Source: Botryllus schlosseri (taxonomy: Eukaryota). From it: DNA of 64,000 bases. Within the stretch, counting starts at the first letter, position 1, and every line of letters begins with the position of its first letter. Positions 11,885 to 25,600 of this stretch are shown here, one piece after another. The notes beneath the pieces are model-generated. The model saw only the letters and a list, made by a program, of their open reading frames with translations. It was not told the origin of the DNA and searched no databases. A program made the position numbers and the translations under genes. Where the stretch lies: NCBI GenBank assembly GCA_051294905.1, contig CM119375.1:7006001-7070000 (forward strand), written 5' to 3'.

Positions 11885-12002
11885 GTATATAATGTTTAAC
11901 AACTGCGTCTATTCCCCACCGGTTGGGAACCACTGGTCTATAGAAAGCATAAACAGCGCGCCGGGATTGCGCTTCGAAGTTCAATACACAAGCTCATTTC
12001 AT

Positions 12003-12317
12003 ATTGACGCGAAGCTCTCTCCCTCTCACTGCGCAGCCACTCTTTGGCTCTTTAGCTATTCTCTCGTTTTGCCAGACAGCATTGTTGCGTCCCAATGCCA
12101 ATCTCCATAACAATGAAAAATTGGAGGCTGATTGTGGGGGTTCCAGGGCCGCGAGCGGAATAAAATTTGTATTTTCGTAATCAGTGCAGAGTCAGCTTTC
12201 GATTGATACCCGTTTTACCAAATTTAGTTCTCGGCAAGCCGGTCAAAAATGACTGTCAAATTGCCTGTAGCCAAATGGAAATTGTGACGTGAATCAATTT
12301 CACTGAGCCATGAGATT
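12003..12317 (-). repeat. Right arm of the ~320-bp inverted repeat pair
   Basis: Reverse complement of 5191-5513. Confidence 0.85.
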
Positions 12318-12319
12318 AG

Positions 12320-12690
12320 CCATCAGTTCAATACACCACGAAAATTCGACACAATGAAAAGAAAGGAAGGTGTCAAAGCGACTTGGAGTAGTCTTTGGAA
12401 TCAGACACCCACCTTGGCCTAGGCGATGTGAAGAGGAGGCACGCACACTGAAGATAGTATAGAAAAAAGCAAGCGAGAAAAAATGGGGTGGCATGTCATG
12501 GAAGGCGAGATCGATAGGTCAGGCCGTGGTCCGGTAATCTTTAGGATGAACTAGTATTTATTTAGTAGTAATTGCTTGTATTGGTACTTGAATGTGGACA
12601 TGCTCGTCGATTGTCGAATGGCCGGCGGGATACTGTTCCACACGTCAGGTCCGATATATTTGATAGAGCGATGATCTTTTCGGTCGATCA
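12320..12690 (-). mobile_element. L2/Crack-type LINE 3' end (family B) with ORF2 C-terminus
   Basis: Minus frame reads RKDHRSIKYIGPDVWNSIPPAIRQSTSMSTFKYQYKQLLLNKY* (stop at 12553-12551), followed by the 3'UTR shared with the other copies. Confidence 0.75.
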
Positions 12691-12910
12691 TATGATATAT
12701 GGAGCATTATGAGCAAAAAGCTATCAGTATCACTGTAGGAAGTATCTAGTATCTCCGTGTTCTTCAGTGATATGAAGCAAAGAAATGTAGTAATACCGAA
12801 TAGCAATTTTTTGTGTTAAAAATTGTTTTAAAATGAGAAAAAAACTTTGCAGAACCATCACGAATCACGTGACCATTATCGATTGCATACCTATACTGCC
12901 TCCAATGGGC

Positions 12911-12925
12911 ATCACCAATAGCGAC
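12911..12925 (-). promoter_or_regulatory. Candidate RFX X-box upstream of KIF3A
   Basis: GTCGCT-ATT-GGTGAT is a degenerate match to GTNRCC-N0-3-RGYAAC, ~140 bp upstream of the ATG of a ciliary gene; an E-box CACGTG lies nearby. Confidence 0.3.
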
Positions 12926-13065
12926 GGCTCATATTACGACAAGCTGGTCTAGAAGCGGAATGCTGTGGTGTGTTATAGAGTTGAGCACCTCCACGATTCA
13001 GCTATAGTTTCGTTGAGAAGGAGATTTGTCAGTTGATTATAGCGAGACCAAACTAAGCACTAACT

Positions 13066-15111
13066 ATGTCATCATCGAAACCGGGCGACAGCGGAGACAA
13101 CGTCAAAGTAGTCGTGAGATGCCGCCCACTTAACGACAAGGAACGTGGCCAAGGTTTTCAAAGTGCAGTTGAAGTTAACGAGGTACGCGGGCAGATATCT
13201 GTCCGCAAAAACGTTGCAGGAGCAGAACCCCCAAAGGTATTCACCTTCGACACCGTATTCGGACCAGACAGCAAGCAAGTGGATGTTTACAATCTGACTG
13301 CACGACCTATCGTAGATTCAGTTTTGGAAGGATATAATGGGACTATCTTCGCTTATGGACAGACTGGAACTGGGAAAACATTCACTATGGAAGGTGTTAG
13401 ATCTGTTCCAGAATACAGAGGCATAATTCCTAACTCTTTCGCCCAAATTTTCGGCTATATCGCAAAGGCACAAGGCGAGTCACAATTTTTAGTGAGAGTA
13501 TCATATTATGAGATTTACAATGAAGAGGTCCGTGATCTCCTTGGAAAAGATCAGCATGCGCGACATGAAGTTAAAGAGCGCCCTGATATTGGCGTGTACG
13601 TAAAAGATTTGTCCATGTTTGTCGTTAACAACGCAGATGACATGGACAGGATTATGACGCTTGGTAACAAAAATCGATCAGTCGGTGCCACTAACATGAA
13701 TGAACATTCGTCTCGTTCTCACGCGATTTTCAGTATTACAGCCGAACGCTGTGAAAAGGGTGTGGATGGTGAAAATCACGTCCGAGTTGGCAAGCTTCAT
13801 TTAGTAGATTTAGCTGGATCTGAGAGACAGACTAAAACAGGTTCGTCGGGTCAAAGGTTGAAGGAAGCCACCAAAATTAATTTGTCACTATCCACATTGG
13901 GTAACGTAATATCCGCGTTAGTTGACGGTAAAAGCACACACATTCCGTACAGAAACTCAAAACTCACGAGGCTCTTACAAGACTCGTTGGGAGGTAACTC
14001 AAAAACAATGATGTGCGCGAATATTGGCCCGGCCAACTATAACTACGACGAGACTATTTCCACTCTACGGTACGCTAACCGTGCCAAAAACATTCAAAAT
14101 CGTGCGGTCATCAACGAAGACCCAAAAGACGCATTGCTACGGCAATTTCAGAAAGAAATCGAAGACCTTAAAAAGAAATTACAAGACGGTGGTGGAGATG
14201 GCTCTGGTAGTGAATCAGAAGAGGAAATTGGACCTGACGGTACTGTAACTCGAAGGAAGCGTACTGGCCATAAGTCCTCCGCGAAAATGCTGGCGATACA
14301 AGAAAAAATCGAAGAAGAACGTAAAAGGTTGTTGGAGCAAAAAGAAATGGCGGAAGAGCAAAAAAATAAAGTCAAAGCGGACTTACAAAAACACGAGGAT
14401 GAGTTAAAGAAAGCAAAAGAGGAACATGATCAGTTACAAGACCGTCTTAAAGCTATCGAACGTAAAGTCATCGTAGGTGGCGTGGACCTACTGAAAAAAG
14501 CGGAGGAGCAGGAAAAACTTCTCGAAGAATCCAATATGAAACTGCAAGAACAGAAAAGACAGCAGGATGCTCTACGGCAGCAGATTGAAGAGAAAGAAGC
14601 TGAAAGAGTTAACATTGAAGAAAAGTATAGTTCTCTGCAAGATGAGGCTGTCGGAAAGACTAAAAAGTTGAAAAAACTGTACTCCATGTATTTAGCCGCG
14701 AAAGCAGAATTAGAAGATCTTTCTCAAGAGCATCAGAGAGAGATGGAAGCTCTTATTGATGGAATTCGCGACACTTCGAATGAGCTTGAAAAGCAAACTT
14801 TAATCTGCGACGCGTACATCCCGCCTTTGTACTGGGCGCTTTTACAGGACCAGGCTCAGTGGAACGAAGAGGTTGGCGAGTGGCAGATGCCTTGTATCGC
14901 GTACACCGGGAATAACATGCGACGGCCCAGTCCTGGTCCGGTTAAAAATGATGACGACGATACTGCGGCGGACTTGTCCCACGTTTATTTGGCGTACACA
15001 GAACAAGCGTTGCACGAGCAGTATGGTAAAAAGCCTTCGAAATCAGGAGGTCGTGGCGTGAGGAAAAAGAAACGCACTACGCAGGCTGATATCAACGCGG
15101 TTTTGGAATAG
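13066..15111 (+). CDS. KIF3A: Kinesin-2 motor subunit KIF3A, single-exon CDS (681 aa)
   Basis: P-loop [22 protein letters not shown], coiled-coil stalk, KIF3A-type tail [21 protein letters not shown]. Confidence 0.95.
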   Translation: MSSSKPGDSGDNVKVVVRCRPLNDKERGQGFQSAVEVNEVRGQISVRKNVAGAEPPKVFTFDTVFGPDSKQVDVYNLTARPIVDSVLEGYNGTIFAYGQTGTGKTFTMEGVRSVPEYRGIIPNSFAQIFGYIAKAQGESQFLVRVSYYEIYNEEVRDLLGKDQHARHEVKERPDIGVYVKDLSMFVVNNADDMDRIMTLGNKNRSVGATNMNEHSSRSHAIFSITAERCEKGVDGENHVRVGKLHLVDLAGSERQTKTGSSGQRLKEATKINLSLSTLGNVISALVDGKSTHIPYRNSKLTRLLQDSLGGNSKTMMCANIGPANYNYDETISTLRYANRAKNIQNRAVINEDPKDALLRQFQKEIEDLKKKLQDGGGDGSGSESEEEIGPDGTVTRRKRTGHKSSAKMLAIQEKIEEERKRLLEQKEMAEEQKNKVKADLQKHEDELKKAKEEHDQLQDRLKAIERKVIVGGVDLLKKAEEQEKLLEESNMKLQEQKRQQDALRQQIEEKEAERVNIEEKYSSLQDEAVGKTKKLKKLYSMYLAAKAELEDLSQEHQREMEALIDGIRDTSNELEKQTLICDAYIPPLYWALLQDQAQWNEEVGEWQMPCIAYTGNNMRRPSPGPVKNDDDDTAADLSHVYLAYTEQALHEQYGKKPSKSGGRGVRKKKRTTQADINAVLE

Positions 15112-15275
15112 TGCAATTTACCTTAACGACTAAGTGGATGTTATTGTACCAAGTAAGCCAAAAGGAGGAATCGCACCTTTGGAAATTAGTGTTCTGAAAG
15201 TCGTGGCGTTTTATTTTGGTGTGCCATACTAGATAATTGTATTGTGACATTGTGTGATTGATATTTGTCCGTACT

Positions 15276-15765
15276 CAGAGGGGGTCAGTAACAAGGTACT
15301 TCTACTTCTGTGAGTACTCGAGTAGATTTTGCGTACTTCAACTACTTACTCTAGTTGTTATGTTTTTACCCTGGTTTTAGATATTTGTACTTCAGTTTTT
15401 AAGGTAAAGAACTACTTTCGTTTTTAGACTTGGGATTTTGTAAATTAGGATGCAATATCGGGGTGCGTTTGGGTCACCTTTACGAGTGAAATTGTGATAC
15501 CAACTGCGAAAAATAGCTTCCGTTCCACGGTTAAGAAAAATATTTTCGAAAATTGCAACCGTTTGTAGTGACATTTGTAATTTTGTGTGACCTCGCGATC
15601 GAATCTGCTTTTTGAAATCACTTACTTGAGAACTTTTCATACCTTCATTATCCACTTCCACTTGAAGTAGTTTTGACATATCTTGGAAGTGGCTCATTAC
15701 TTTTACTTGTATTCGAGTATAAAGTTACTTGAGTACCAGCGATGGCTACTTTCTGACCACCTCTG
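15276..15765. mobile_element. hAT-type MITE with TACTT/AAGTA arrays
   Basis: TIRs cagagggggtcag / ctgaccacctctg; family fragments also at ~1628, 22812-23328, ~25549-25814, ~28955, ~41745. Confidence 0.7.
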
Positions 15766-16628
15766 AGATACTATACATCCTATACATACTGATATTCATC
15801 ATATACATACAACTCACTTGGTTGTTGTCTACTAACTGACATGGCCCTACTGTAATTCAACGCAGTGAAGAAATCCAGCAACTTTGTCCTCGCTGTCAAT
15901 ATTCAACTCATTACATTGCAATATTTGCTCCTGAAATTTTCATCCATACCAACCTTATTCGATTGCTGTATTTGCACATATACTTTAGTTGCGTGTTATA
16001 CTCGTTTCTTGATATTTCACATGCAGAATATATAGGTGATATTGTATTTGAGTGATGTGTATGTGCTTCACCGTGTTACATATTCTATATTACCTGTTAT
16101 TATGATGCTATATTGATGTTCTATCGCATTCTCTGTATTATTTAGTATAGGTCAAGTTTTAAATTACGGTATGTTGGCAAAACTCCGTAGACAACTTTAA
16201 TTCAGAGTCAATCATATGATTCTAGCATATTTTGTTCTATGTTGCAAAGACCACTTCATGTTGTCATACATATTAGAAATGGTTCATGTTGTGGATTGTG
16301 TAGTAGTCCGTTATTTACTTAATGTGTTACAATAATTGCACAATATGTGTGAAACGCATACCCTTGTAGATAAATGTGAGGAATCAAATTGCAGAAATTC
16401 ATATCTTTACACATTTATATCCACAGCTGTATACGGGCACGACACAGAGTTGATGTCGTTGTAAGTATTTTCATGTCCAACTAAATGTAATATGTTTTCA
16501 ACTTCGGTGAGCCGCGTTTTCTGTAATATTCTGCGCTCATGTGATACATCGTATTTCGGGATCCTCAATCATTTTTTGTATCTTACATTTATTACAGTTT
16601 ATACATAATACAACCTTGTGAAACGACC

Positions 16629-19600
16629 ATGGGCTCTGTGATTACTCGTGCCGCCCACTGGACCTCGGTATCCGAGAATGGAACTGGCAAATTGGAATTC
16701 TCCCCCCTGAACGAGATGCTCTTAAATGAGATTATCCAGGTTGGATATTTATTCCAGTGGGTATATAAAAGCCAAGGCACTTAGCACTTCTCCTGGATTG
16801 GATGGTAACGAAATGAGCAGTCTTCATTTTCATTCGACGTGCTCAATATATAGATTGTGATATACCACAAATATAGTGTTGGTAGCGTATGTAACATAAA
16901 AGCAATTCAATTCAACCTATCATCCATCCGGTTTCCTGATTCATGTACCATTCCACTACGATTGATGAAAATTGTGTCAAGGCTTGCTGTCAGCAGTTAC
17001 CACTCGGACGATGCCTGGCTGATTTGAATTACCACAATTCAACAAGCTTATGATTTTTCTGATTTAAAAAATCTAAGCTAAATACCGTGATTTTATTCAT
17101 GTTTCATGCGCGATTGCTCTTTCTTTTAAAGTACGTGGATAACTTTCCATTGAAACACTCCAACGAAGCCAATCTCCAGTTCAAAGACCCTTTGACGTGG
17201 ATGTCATCGATTCCCATCAATGCGTTCAGTCAGTATGATGGAAGGTAATTCAAAGTTTTCATCTGCTATGAGTATGCTGTGATTCTGTGGTATACACTAT
17301 CACGGTTTTGCATTTGGAGATAATGATCTGGTGTTCTGGAACTTGTGCAGGGTAGTCCTAGTTTTATCTCTCAGTCTGGCTGTATTGAAACCTGTCAAAT
17401 TGTTTTAAATCACAATTTATAATATACATTTTGAATGTGATTGAGTATACCATTACTGTAATGTGGATATTCCTTTTAGCACATCCAAGATAACATCTGC
17501 CGAGCAAGATGATCAAGGCAATCCGTTACTGGTCTATGACGGACAAAAGATTCAAGTGCGAACAATGAAATTCCTAGCCACAGTGTTGGGCAATGCACGG
17601 GACCAAAAACTTGCCGAAGCGCGAGCCTGTCTAGAAGGTATGTGATTCTTTACAAGTAATTTCAATGACCATACAGTTACCAGTCTGATTGCAGAACAAA
17701 ATACAACGTAGCAGATTGGAAGCCCGTGCTGAAGTCAAAAATGTCCTTTCTAATGATTTATGTTGTTGCTACATTCTCGCTACAGGACAATAGAGAACAT
17801 TGAGGTGGAAGCAGCAGTGCAGTGATTGAAAATGTAACAGGTATCCAGTGCAGAAATGAGTTTAGATGGCAATATGCAGTGTTTTGGGTTATGTTTAAGT
17901 CAGTTAGTTCATGAGTAATTCCCTGTCAACATGCAAATATTTTTTAAATCCGTCTCCACACCCTCTCAGATTTTTCTCTAAATCTACATACAACTAAAGT
18001 ATCTAGTTCTGAGTACAACAAAATTTATTTCGGACAATTTCGTTGAACGGTTCTCGAGTTATTGCAGTTTGAAAAATGATAATTTTGTGGTTACTCAACC
18101 ATGAAATTTGGTAACACAAAACCTGTGTATGATTGTAACTGATATAGCTCAGAGGTTACGTAGAGTAAAGGTTTGAATGTTATTTAGCAATAATTGTTGG
18201 TACATGTTCTTCACTTACCACGAATATCCCCGCTCCACAGTATTGGGTCAAGGTTCAAAACGCGATTTCAAAATTGGCATATGTTAAAATCGGTGATGCA
18301 TAACGATATTTTTCAACTCATCTGGTGCAATTCTATTTAAACCAAAATTCACAAGCAAGGTGTCATTTGAAAGCTGTTTCCAACTAGAATGCACGAAACA
18401 TAGTTTTATTATTGATATTTGACAGCAACATGGTTAAAAATATAATATGGTGCATAATGCAAAATAGGTCATTTTTTAATTAATTTTAATTATATTAATT
18501 CAGTGATTATCTGATTTTGCCATTATTCTACTCGTTATATGATAATGTGTTTCAGTAGATAATTATTGCCATGCTCAGAAAGTACCTTTATTTATTGCCT
18601 GTGCATTATGCTTGCAAGGGTGCTTTTGGGTTTACCGACTATCAGTAATTCGAGTCAACATCCAAATAATATTTCAATTCGTCTTCACACCCTCTCAGAT
18701 TTCTCTGCAATATCATGTACAACTAAAGTACCCAATTCTGAGTAGAATAGAATATAATTAATATAACTTTATTGATCGGTTCTTGAGCAATTGCAGCAGT
18801 ATGAAGAATGAGGATTTTGTGCTTACTCAACCATGAAATTTGCGTATAATTATAACTGCTAAAATCATACTTATACAGGCTGCAGGTAGTAATGCTCCTG
18901 TTTGGAATCGGTGTCCTGTGCTCACACTATATTTATTTTTTTAATTATTTTTTATTAAATTACTTCAACTTGGAAAATCATCGCTGATCCCCTGATATAT
19001 CAGGCAAAAAGGCCAGCGATTCCAATCAGGTAATGCTGGTAAGCAATGATTGGTAATACATGTTCTTCACTCACTAGGAATTCCCCTCCGCATTACAGGA
19101 TCAAGGTTCAAATCTTGATTTGAAAATTGACATACCAGTATGTTAAAATCAGTGATGCGTGACGATATTTCCTAATCTCTGGCACGACTCTATCTAACTC
19201 AAAATTCATAAGTAAGGTGTCATATGAAAGCTCTTACCAATTAGAATCCATCAGACTTGGTTATAAATTGAATATAAGATTGGAATACGGTTAAAAATAT
19301 ACTTTGACACTTTATGCAGAACACGTCATGCACTATTTAGAGCGCATCTTTTCAATTAAGTTTTAGACAAGTGGCAGTCAAATATCACATGCAATACCAA
19401 TTCAGCAATGTTCTACTCTTTCCAAGCTTCCATTTGACACCTTCCTAGAAAAAATCGGTTTAAATAGAATTACGCTAGGCGGAGTTGCATATTTGTTACG
19501 CATGGCTGATTTCGAAAACATGATGACTTTGAATTGACATTTGACCCCTAACCCCCATTAGTAAAGTTAAAAATTTAGGTCTATCACAATAAGCATATAC

Positions 19601-22600
19601 CAAAATATCTTACTACAGAAATTTAAGTCTGCCCGGCAGCAATTTGATCACTATAATGATAATTACAATTACACACAGGTTCCAAGCGGTATAGCGTCAC
19701 GGCCGAGTGAGCACAAAATGTCATTTTTCAAATTGCAATAACTCTGTAACGAATTGTCCGATGTTCTTGAAACAAAGTTTGTTATGCACCAAATTTAATG
19801 CCTGATCGATGTGAAAAGTTTCAATTTGATCTGAAATGGGTGTGGAGACGGGCGTTTGCATGTTGAGAGGGAATTACTCTCATGTGATTTATTGTATAGA
19901 AGGCGACATGCAAGGAAGAAATTTGGGTATATAAATCCAAGTCTGGAGCTAATTGAAATGATTTGAGTTGAGGAGTGATGTTGAATCCTGTACTAGAAGA
20001 AGCTCATATCCCCTAACATTGCAACCGCTCCTGAGCAGTTTTCAGGCTTTTTCCTATTAGCATACAGGATTAGAAAAGGGTATCTGTATCATATTTAACA
20101 GTGGTTTGCATGTATCATGGTAACACGGTTTACATCGCAGTCATCACTATTTGTTTCACATTGCGTACCCTGTCATGTCTTTGTGTGAATGAATAATTTA
20201 TTAGTTGTCACAGGAAGTAGATAAATTTATTCCATTAAATCTGTTCGCCTGTGTTTGCAGTCATGGTTCAGCAAATTCATTTTGCCATATTAAATATTCA
20301 TTTGAAGTAAAACAAACCGCGAGGTGTTAAATCCATGTGCAATAGCTGCCACCATATCAGCCACTCATGACAAATGAGTCAAGTATGCCATCTATGATTA
20401 TTTGTACCAGGTTTCACTGCTTGCATTGGGCATATCATCTCACTTTTGTGATGAAGATTCGGGCACTAAATTACAGAGACATTATATCGTTCATTACTGC
20501 ACAAAATTTCAATATTTGTAGTGAGTAGTCAACAATTGAAGGTAAACAAGATATATTCAGTCACTCAGTCCAGTTCTATCATGCATACAGTAAATTTGAC
20601 TAAAAAATTGCCTGCCTGAGTAACTCCTAGTGAAGCAAGTACAAATGAATCAACATTGCCTGTGACAAATATTCTATTTTAGCTAACAGGGATCCATTGG
20701 TGAAGATATTGGGTCCAGGCTTCGCCACCATTGAAGGAGAGGACACAACCGTGATTCGTATGGTTGACAAGGTTTGGTTTATCTGGACGAACTTTCAGTC
20801 GAGCTTCATGTATTAACACGCAAATATTTTCTAAAGATGAAAAGTGAGAACCAGGAAGAAATGTCAACCCAACTGAGGTTCCTGCTTTTGATTCAACAGT
20901 TTGACATGAAACTTCTAAACTCGTCGTTGCAACATATTTCCAAGTGAGAAGCATTCTTTGTGTGTTAACTTAATTTGCATTGTGGACCTAAGCCAGGGGT
21001 GGCTAACCTTTTTGCTATTCGCGGCTGCATTTCGATTACTGATGTAGCCTACAGCCCCATTCCAGGACATAGTCGCAATGAACTAACCTTTGATCACCTC
21101 TGGTTACTGTGCGTGAATACGAGTTTGTCTTGTTCCCATGTAGATTTTTGGTAATATATACTCCTTCTAATACAGCGTATCATTACATGGTCATTATCCT
21201 TTTTTTCAGAGAGGTAAGGCTCACTCCGGCTTCGGTAAACGATGAAGTAGCACTGCTTCAGTCTTTCTGCGGTGACGATCCTACTACTCCCCTGTTGGAT
21301 ATTCAATTCACGTCATGTGAGTAAAGTTGCATAATTTGGTAGAGAATGATGAAGTCTAAATTGTGAGCACTTCTTGTCTTGTAGTCGTAATGATAATATC
21401 TGCGGTATTGTGGTCTTAATTGACTTTGAATTTGGCGGCCTATTGTTTTACTGTGACATATATGTCTTCTATGTTTTAGCGCACATGTTCAGTAATGGCT
21501 GCCGCGCTGTGCCTTGGCGTCAGGTTCACGGCGACATTTCCTACATCATTATCAAACCCCATGACGGCGACAGCTTTTGCATCACAGCAAGCAGCTATGG
21601 GTGTTTTGTCAATGGGGTACAGTCATATGATTGTTTACGAAGGTTCCGGTTGAAATGCATTCTTCTTTACTGATAGGGTGTGGAGCCGGAAAGTAAAGAA
21701 GTCAATCACGAAAAGAGGTCGGATGTGTACAAGGATATCGCTTCCCTATTGATGGCAAAGTCTGTGAAGTTTTCAGAAAACATCAAAAATAAGGTACTGC
21801 TTGAAAATTCCTATCTTGCTTGAATAAAATGTTGTGAGTTTCTTGGAGGTACAGAATTGCAATATGCAATCTAATAATATATTCATATGAATATAAACCC
21901 GAATATTTCCGGCTGACACTCGTCAGGGGTAATCGTCAGCAACTACCAACTAGTATTTCCAGTATCTGGATCTCTTCACCTCGATTATTCGAAATTTCAT
22001 GCCGGTTACGCCATATTAGGTGATAGGATTGTTGATGTACAATTTTCTTTTCAATTCTTTAGTAGTTACTGGCGATTACCCCTGTGGAGTGTCAGCCGAA
22101 AATATTCGGGTTTATTTCAATATGAATATATTATTCAATGGTATAAAATGTGTTCTATTTTAACTATATCATTTATCGACATCCCTTCTATTAGCAATCA
22201 CTTCAGTGACAAAAATAGATTTCTGTTTGTAAAGTTCCTGTAAATAATTCAAGTGTACTGCCTTTTTCCGAAAGACAAGTATGTCAGTTTTCTCGAAGCA
22301 ACACTCTTTGTACTTGGCTTGATGTTGAGCGAATCTCAAACTTCAACTTTGCAGTACTTGGCCTGATGGTGCCTATAGTTATTGTGTTATCGCTTCGTAA
22401 GAGATCTCAGCGCAGTAAGCCAAATGTGGTGTCGGTGTACATATCCAATAGAAAATTTGATATTATAATGGATTCCTGTGTGAAAGCCGGAACGACCCCT
22501 TTGATAATAACATATGCGATGGTATATTGTGTTGATGACATGACCTCATTGAACATCGTGAACCTCGTACAGACCTTGGTCTTTTACCCATAAGTTTTTT

Positions 22601-25600
22601 AATATTGAGCATGAACATTGTAGCGGTTTGCTGCCGGAGAACCAGATAATATTGAAACTGAAAGTGAGACAATCGAAACAAAGGAAAGTGCCAGGGAAAA
22701 AGCGAAGCTGGACGCTTCCTCCACCGATTTGAAGAACACTACCGCCATGAAAAGTCAAGGCAAGAAAGGTATGGCCTTTTCGTTGAAAATAGATAAATCT
22801 CTCGTAATATGCAGAGGTGGTCAAAGAAGACAGCCTTGCTACTCAAGTAGAAGTATAAGTGAAGACATGGATTTTTATTCAATTGCAAGGAGAAGGAGCA
22901 ATTTCCTAGACACGTTAAACTACTTCGAGTGAGAGTGGAAAATGAAACTTCAGAAAAGTACTCAAGTCAGCAGCTCGAAAAGTAGATTGATCCAGTGGTC
23001 GCATACTTTTTTAGCAATTAATCAAATTATAAGATGAATAATGACACCACAAATTGGAACAATCTTCGAAAATATATTCAATTACCGCGATACAGAGGCT
23101 ATTTCGTGACAACTTCACTTTTGAAAGTGATGTCCGTAGTGTTAAAACTGGAAGTAGTCCAAACGCATACCCACTTCTGCAAGTTGGCAAAAACTAGTTA
23201 AGTACTGTAACAAAATATGAGTAGGGTTAAAGTTGGGGACGTTTTGTTCCGTTCCTGAGCATTTTGGCTGAATAATGCGGTTTCCGGTGTCCGAATTAAG
23301 CGCTGTATTTCGTTACTGACCACCTCTGCTCACTTTTCGTAATACATGTGTGACACACATCATTTTTGCCCGGCTTTGCAGCTAAGAACGCGAAGGATAA
23401 GCGCAAAAACCATCAGCCATCGTTGAAATGGAAAAATTTGGAAGAGACCAAAGTCACCGAGCAGAATGTCGCGGAGGTGAAAGTGACCAAAAAGAAAAAC
23501 AAACCGAAAGCTTCTTCGCCACTCGCTTCCCGGCGTGCTTCCATGAGGTTTGTATAGTCGTTATTGTGGAGACATGTTGACGGGCGTGACCGAAATGAAA
23601 AGAGGCGTGTCAAAAAACTTTGCAACCATGCCATCTCGTCGATGATTTGTCGTAATGTTAGGCAGAATTTCGTTAGATTAGATTACGCTAGGCAGAAAGT
23701 TCAGCCAGTTTCTCTGAAGATATCACGCAGATATTAAGTACCAGCAGTGTGAGGTCATAAATGGACGTAAATAGCTGAAAGGCTGCGAGAAGCCATTGAT
23801 TGATTGATAAAATGTACTTGAGTACTCGGAAAAAGTAGAATTATTTTTCCACCTCTGGAGATGGGTCAAGGGTGCGATCGTCTCGGATGTAAATTTCGCA
23901 GCTGAATCGAGAAATTATCAACATTTGAATATCGTGCGGGCGAAGGAATTGTGAACCAGGCGAAATTGTAGGTAAGCATGCGGAGAGTGGTTAATGCGGT
24001 CACCCATTGGACATTGTAACATTTGTAAGCAGACAGCTAGGCAGAATGTTGCCTTTCTCGTTGGCATAACAAGTTATGCATCGAAGTGAATATGGTATAC
24101 AGCTTCAGTTGTGATACCAGGATAGCTTACAATCTATGGAGCGATGATAACAATACGATAACTGATACCGTCATGGCGAGTCGAGTGCCATTCATGATTC
24201 CGTCATACATAGTAAGAACTAATTTCAAAGTTTAAATTTGCGCCCTTTATACCATGAGAATGGAAATGGCGCCAGTTACATTTACCAAATTAAATATTTA
24301 ACCGTAATCAGGACTAAGCGCTTCAACAGAACACCAAATATTTTCTATTAACAATTAGACCAGCGTAAATGCCTGCAACACTGTTTCGTATGATGCAGTC
24401 AATCGAATTTTCAGGGCTTCGGCGGTCACGGAAATGAAATATGTGTGAATTAATCACCTTTTGGCCCATTCAGATATATCGAGATATCCCTGGGGCCAAA
24501 CAATATACTTGACTGCAGGGTCGTGATTTGCTATTACGCCCGATTAAGGAAATGTGTAAAATGAGCGCTGGTTCACAGAAAGCAAATGTTATGCTGCTTC
24601 ATTCCATTTTATTATGTGAGTAAATATGGCGTCATCGCTATTTCCAAGTTTAGCCGTTATAAATCTGTAAAGGCTGTGATCCAGGAGATTCTGACGAGGT
24701 TACCTATATGCTGTAGCAGCAACGTAGCGTTCGTTTCGACTGAAGTACAAATACATAATAAAATATTGCTCTTTTGATTTGGCATTATGACGTCATCATC
24801 GATATTTTATCCCCTGGAAACACCAGAAATGGAATCCAAAACATTTCCATTTGCAACAATTTGATACCCCAGTATCGTCGTTGAAATGAGTAGGAATCGC
24901 CAAAGACCCAATAGCATAACCGAAAAGGATGTACGTACGAGCGTTGCATACCTTATGCAATTAGCAGCGGGCAGAGAGTGAGTGAACTAAATACATTATA
25001 TTCTCGGTGCCGATACGTTGCGTCGCTCGCGATTTGAATAGGCTCCGTTTCACTGATAACATTCTGCAGTGTCGATTGTATTTTTACGTAGTATTCAAGA
25101 CTTTAGAGTTCAGGATTTTTGAAAATACTAGGAGGATCGTTTCGGGTGAATTTTGTGACGCAATATAGCATAATCGAACCTTGTACCGGTAGCGCCAAAA
25201 CACAGATTGCATTTCACTAGTGTAATCTATATTGAAACTAATTTATACATGGCATTCATTATAACTCAGAATAATCGTGTGATGTTATCGTCGCCGTAGC
25301 GATAAAACGCATTTACAGATCACGCGTTATTTGTGATTGCCTTGACTTGGCCAGTGTTGTGAAAAGTGATTGCGTTTATCGCGCAATGGCGCGTGTCGTG
25401 CTACTGCTTCAAGAGACGCTATTCCTCCTCATTTTTGGCCTGTGATACTCTATTTTTTCTCTAGTATTTAGTTTTTGAAGCTGTATGTATCACATATAAA
25501 GTATAGTGGTCTGATGAGGATCGCCGTTTGGATGGCACCAATTATAACCAGCGTGGTCAGAGTAGTCAGTGCTGCTACTCAAGTAGAAGTAACGCCGTAA

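Larger units (their letters stand above)
8192..11935. mobile_element. Outer hAT/Charlie MITE hosting three nested insertions
   Basis: TIRs ccgtggttcccaacc / ggttgggaaccactg; perfect TSD GTCTATAG (8184-8191, 11936-11943). Confidence 0.85.

Noticed and set aside
13072-15061. Short antisense and alternate-frame ORFs within KIF3A (likewise within SYK-like and DPH7)
   Set aside because: Shadow ORFs of real coding sequence
23870-24560. Possible LINE ORF remnant in ODAD2 intron 10
   Set aside because: No convincing reverse transcriptase or endonuclease motif could be read in any frame
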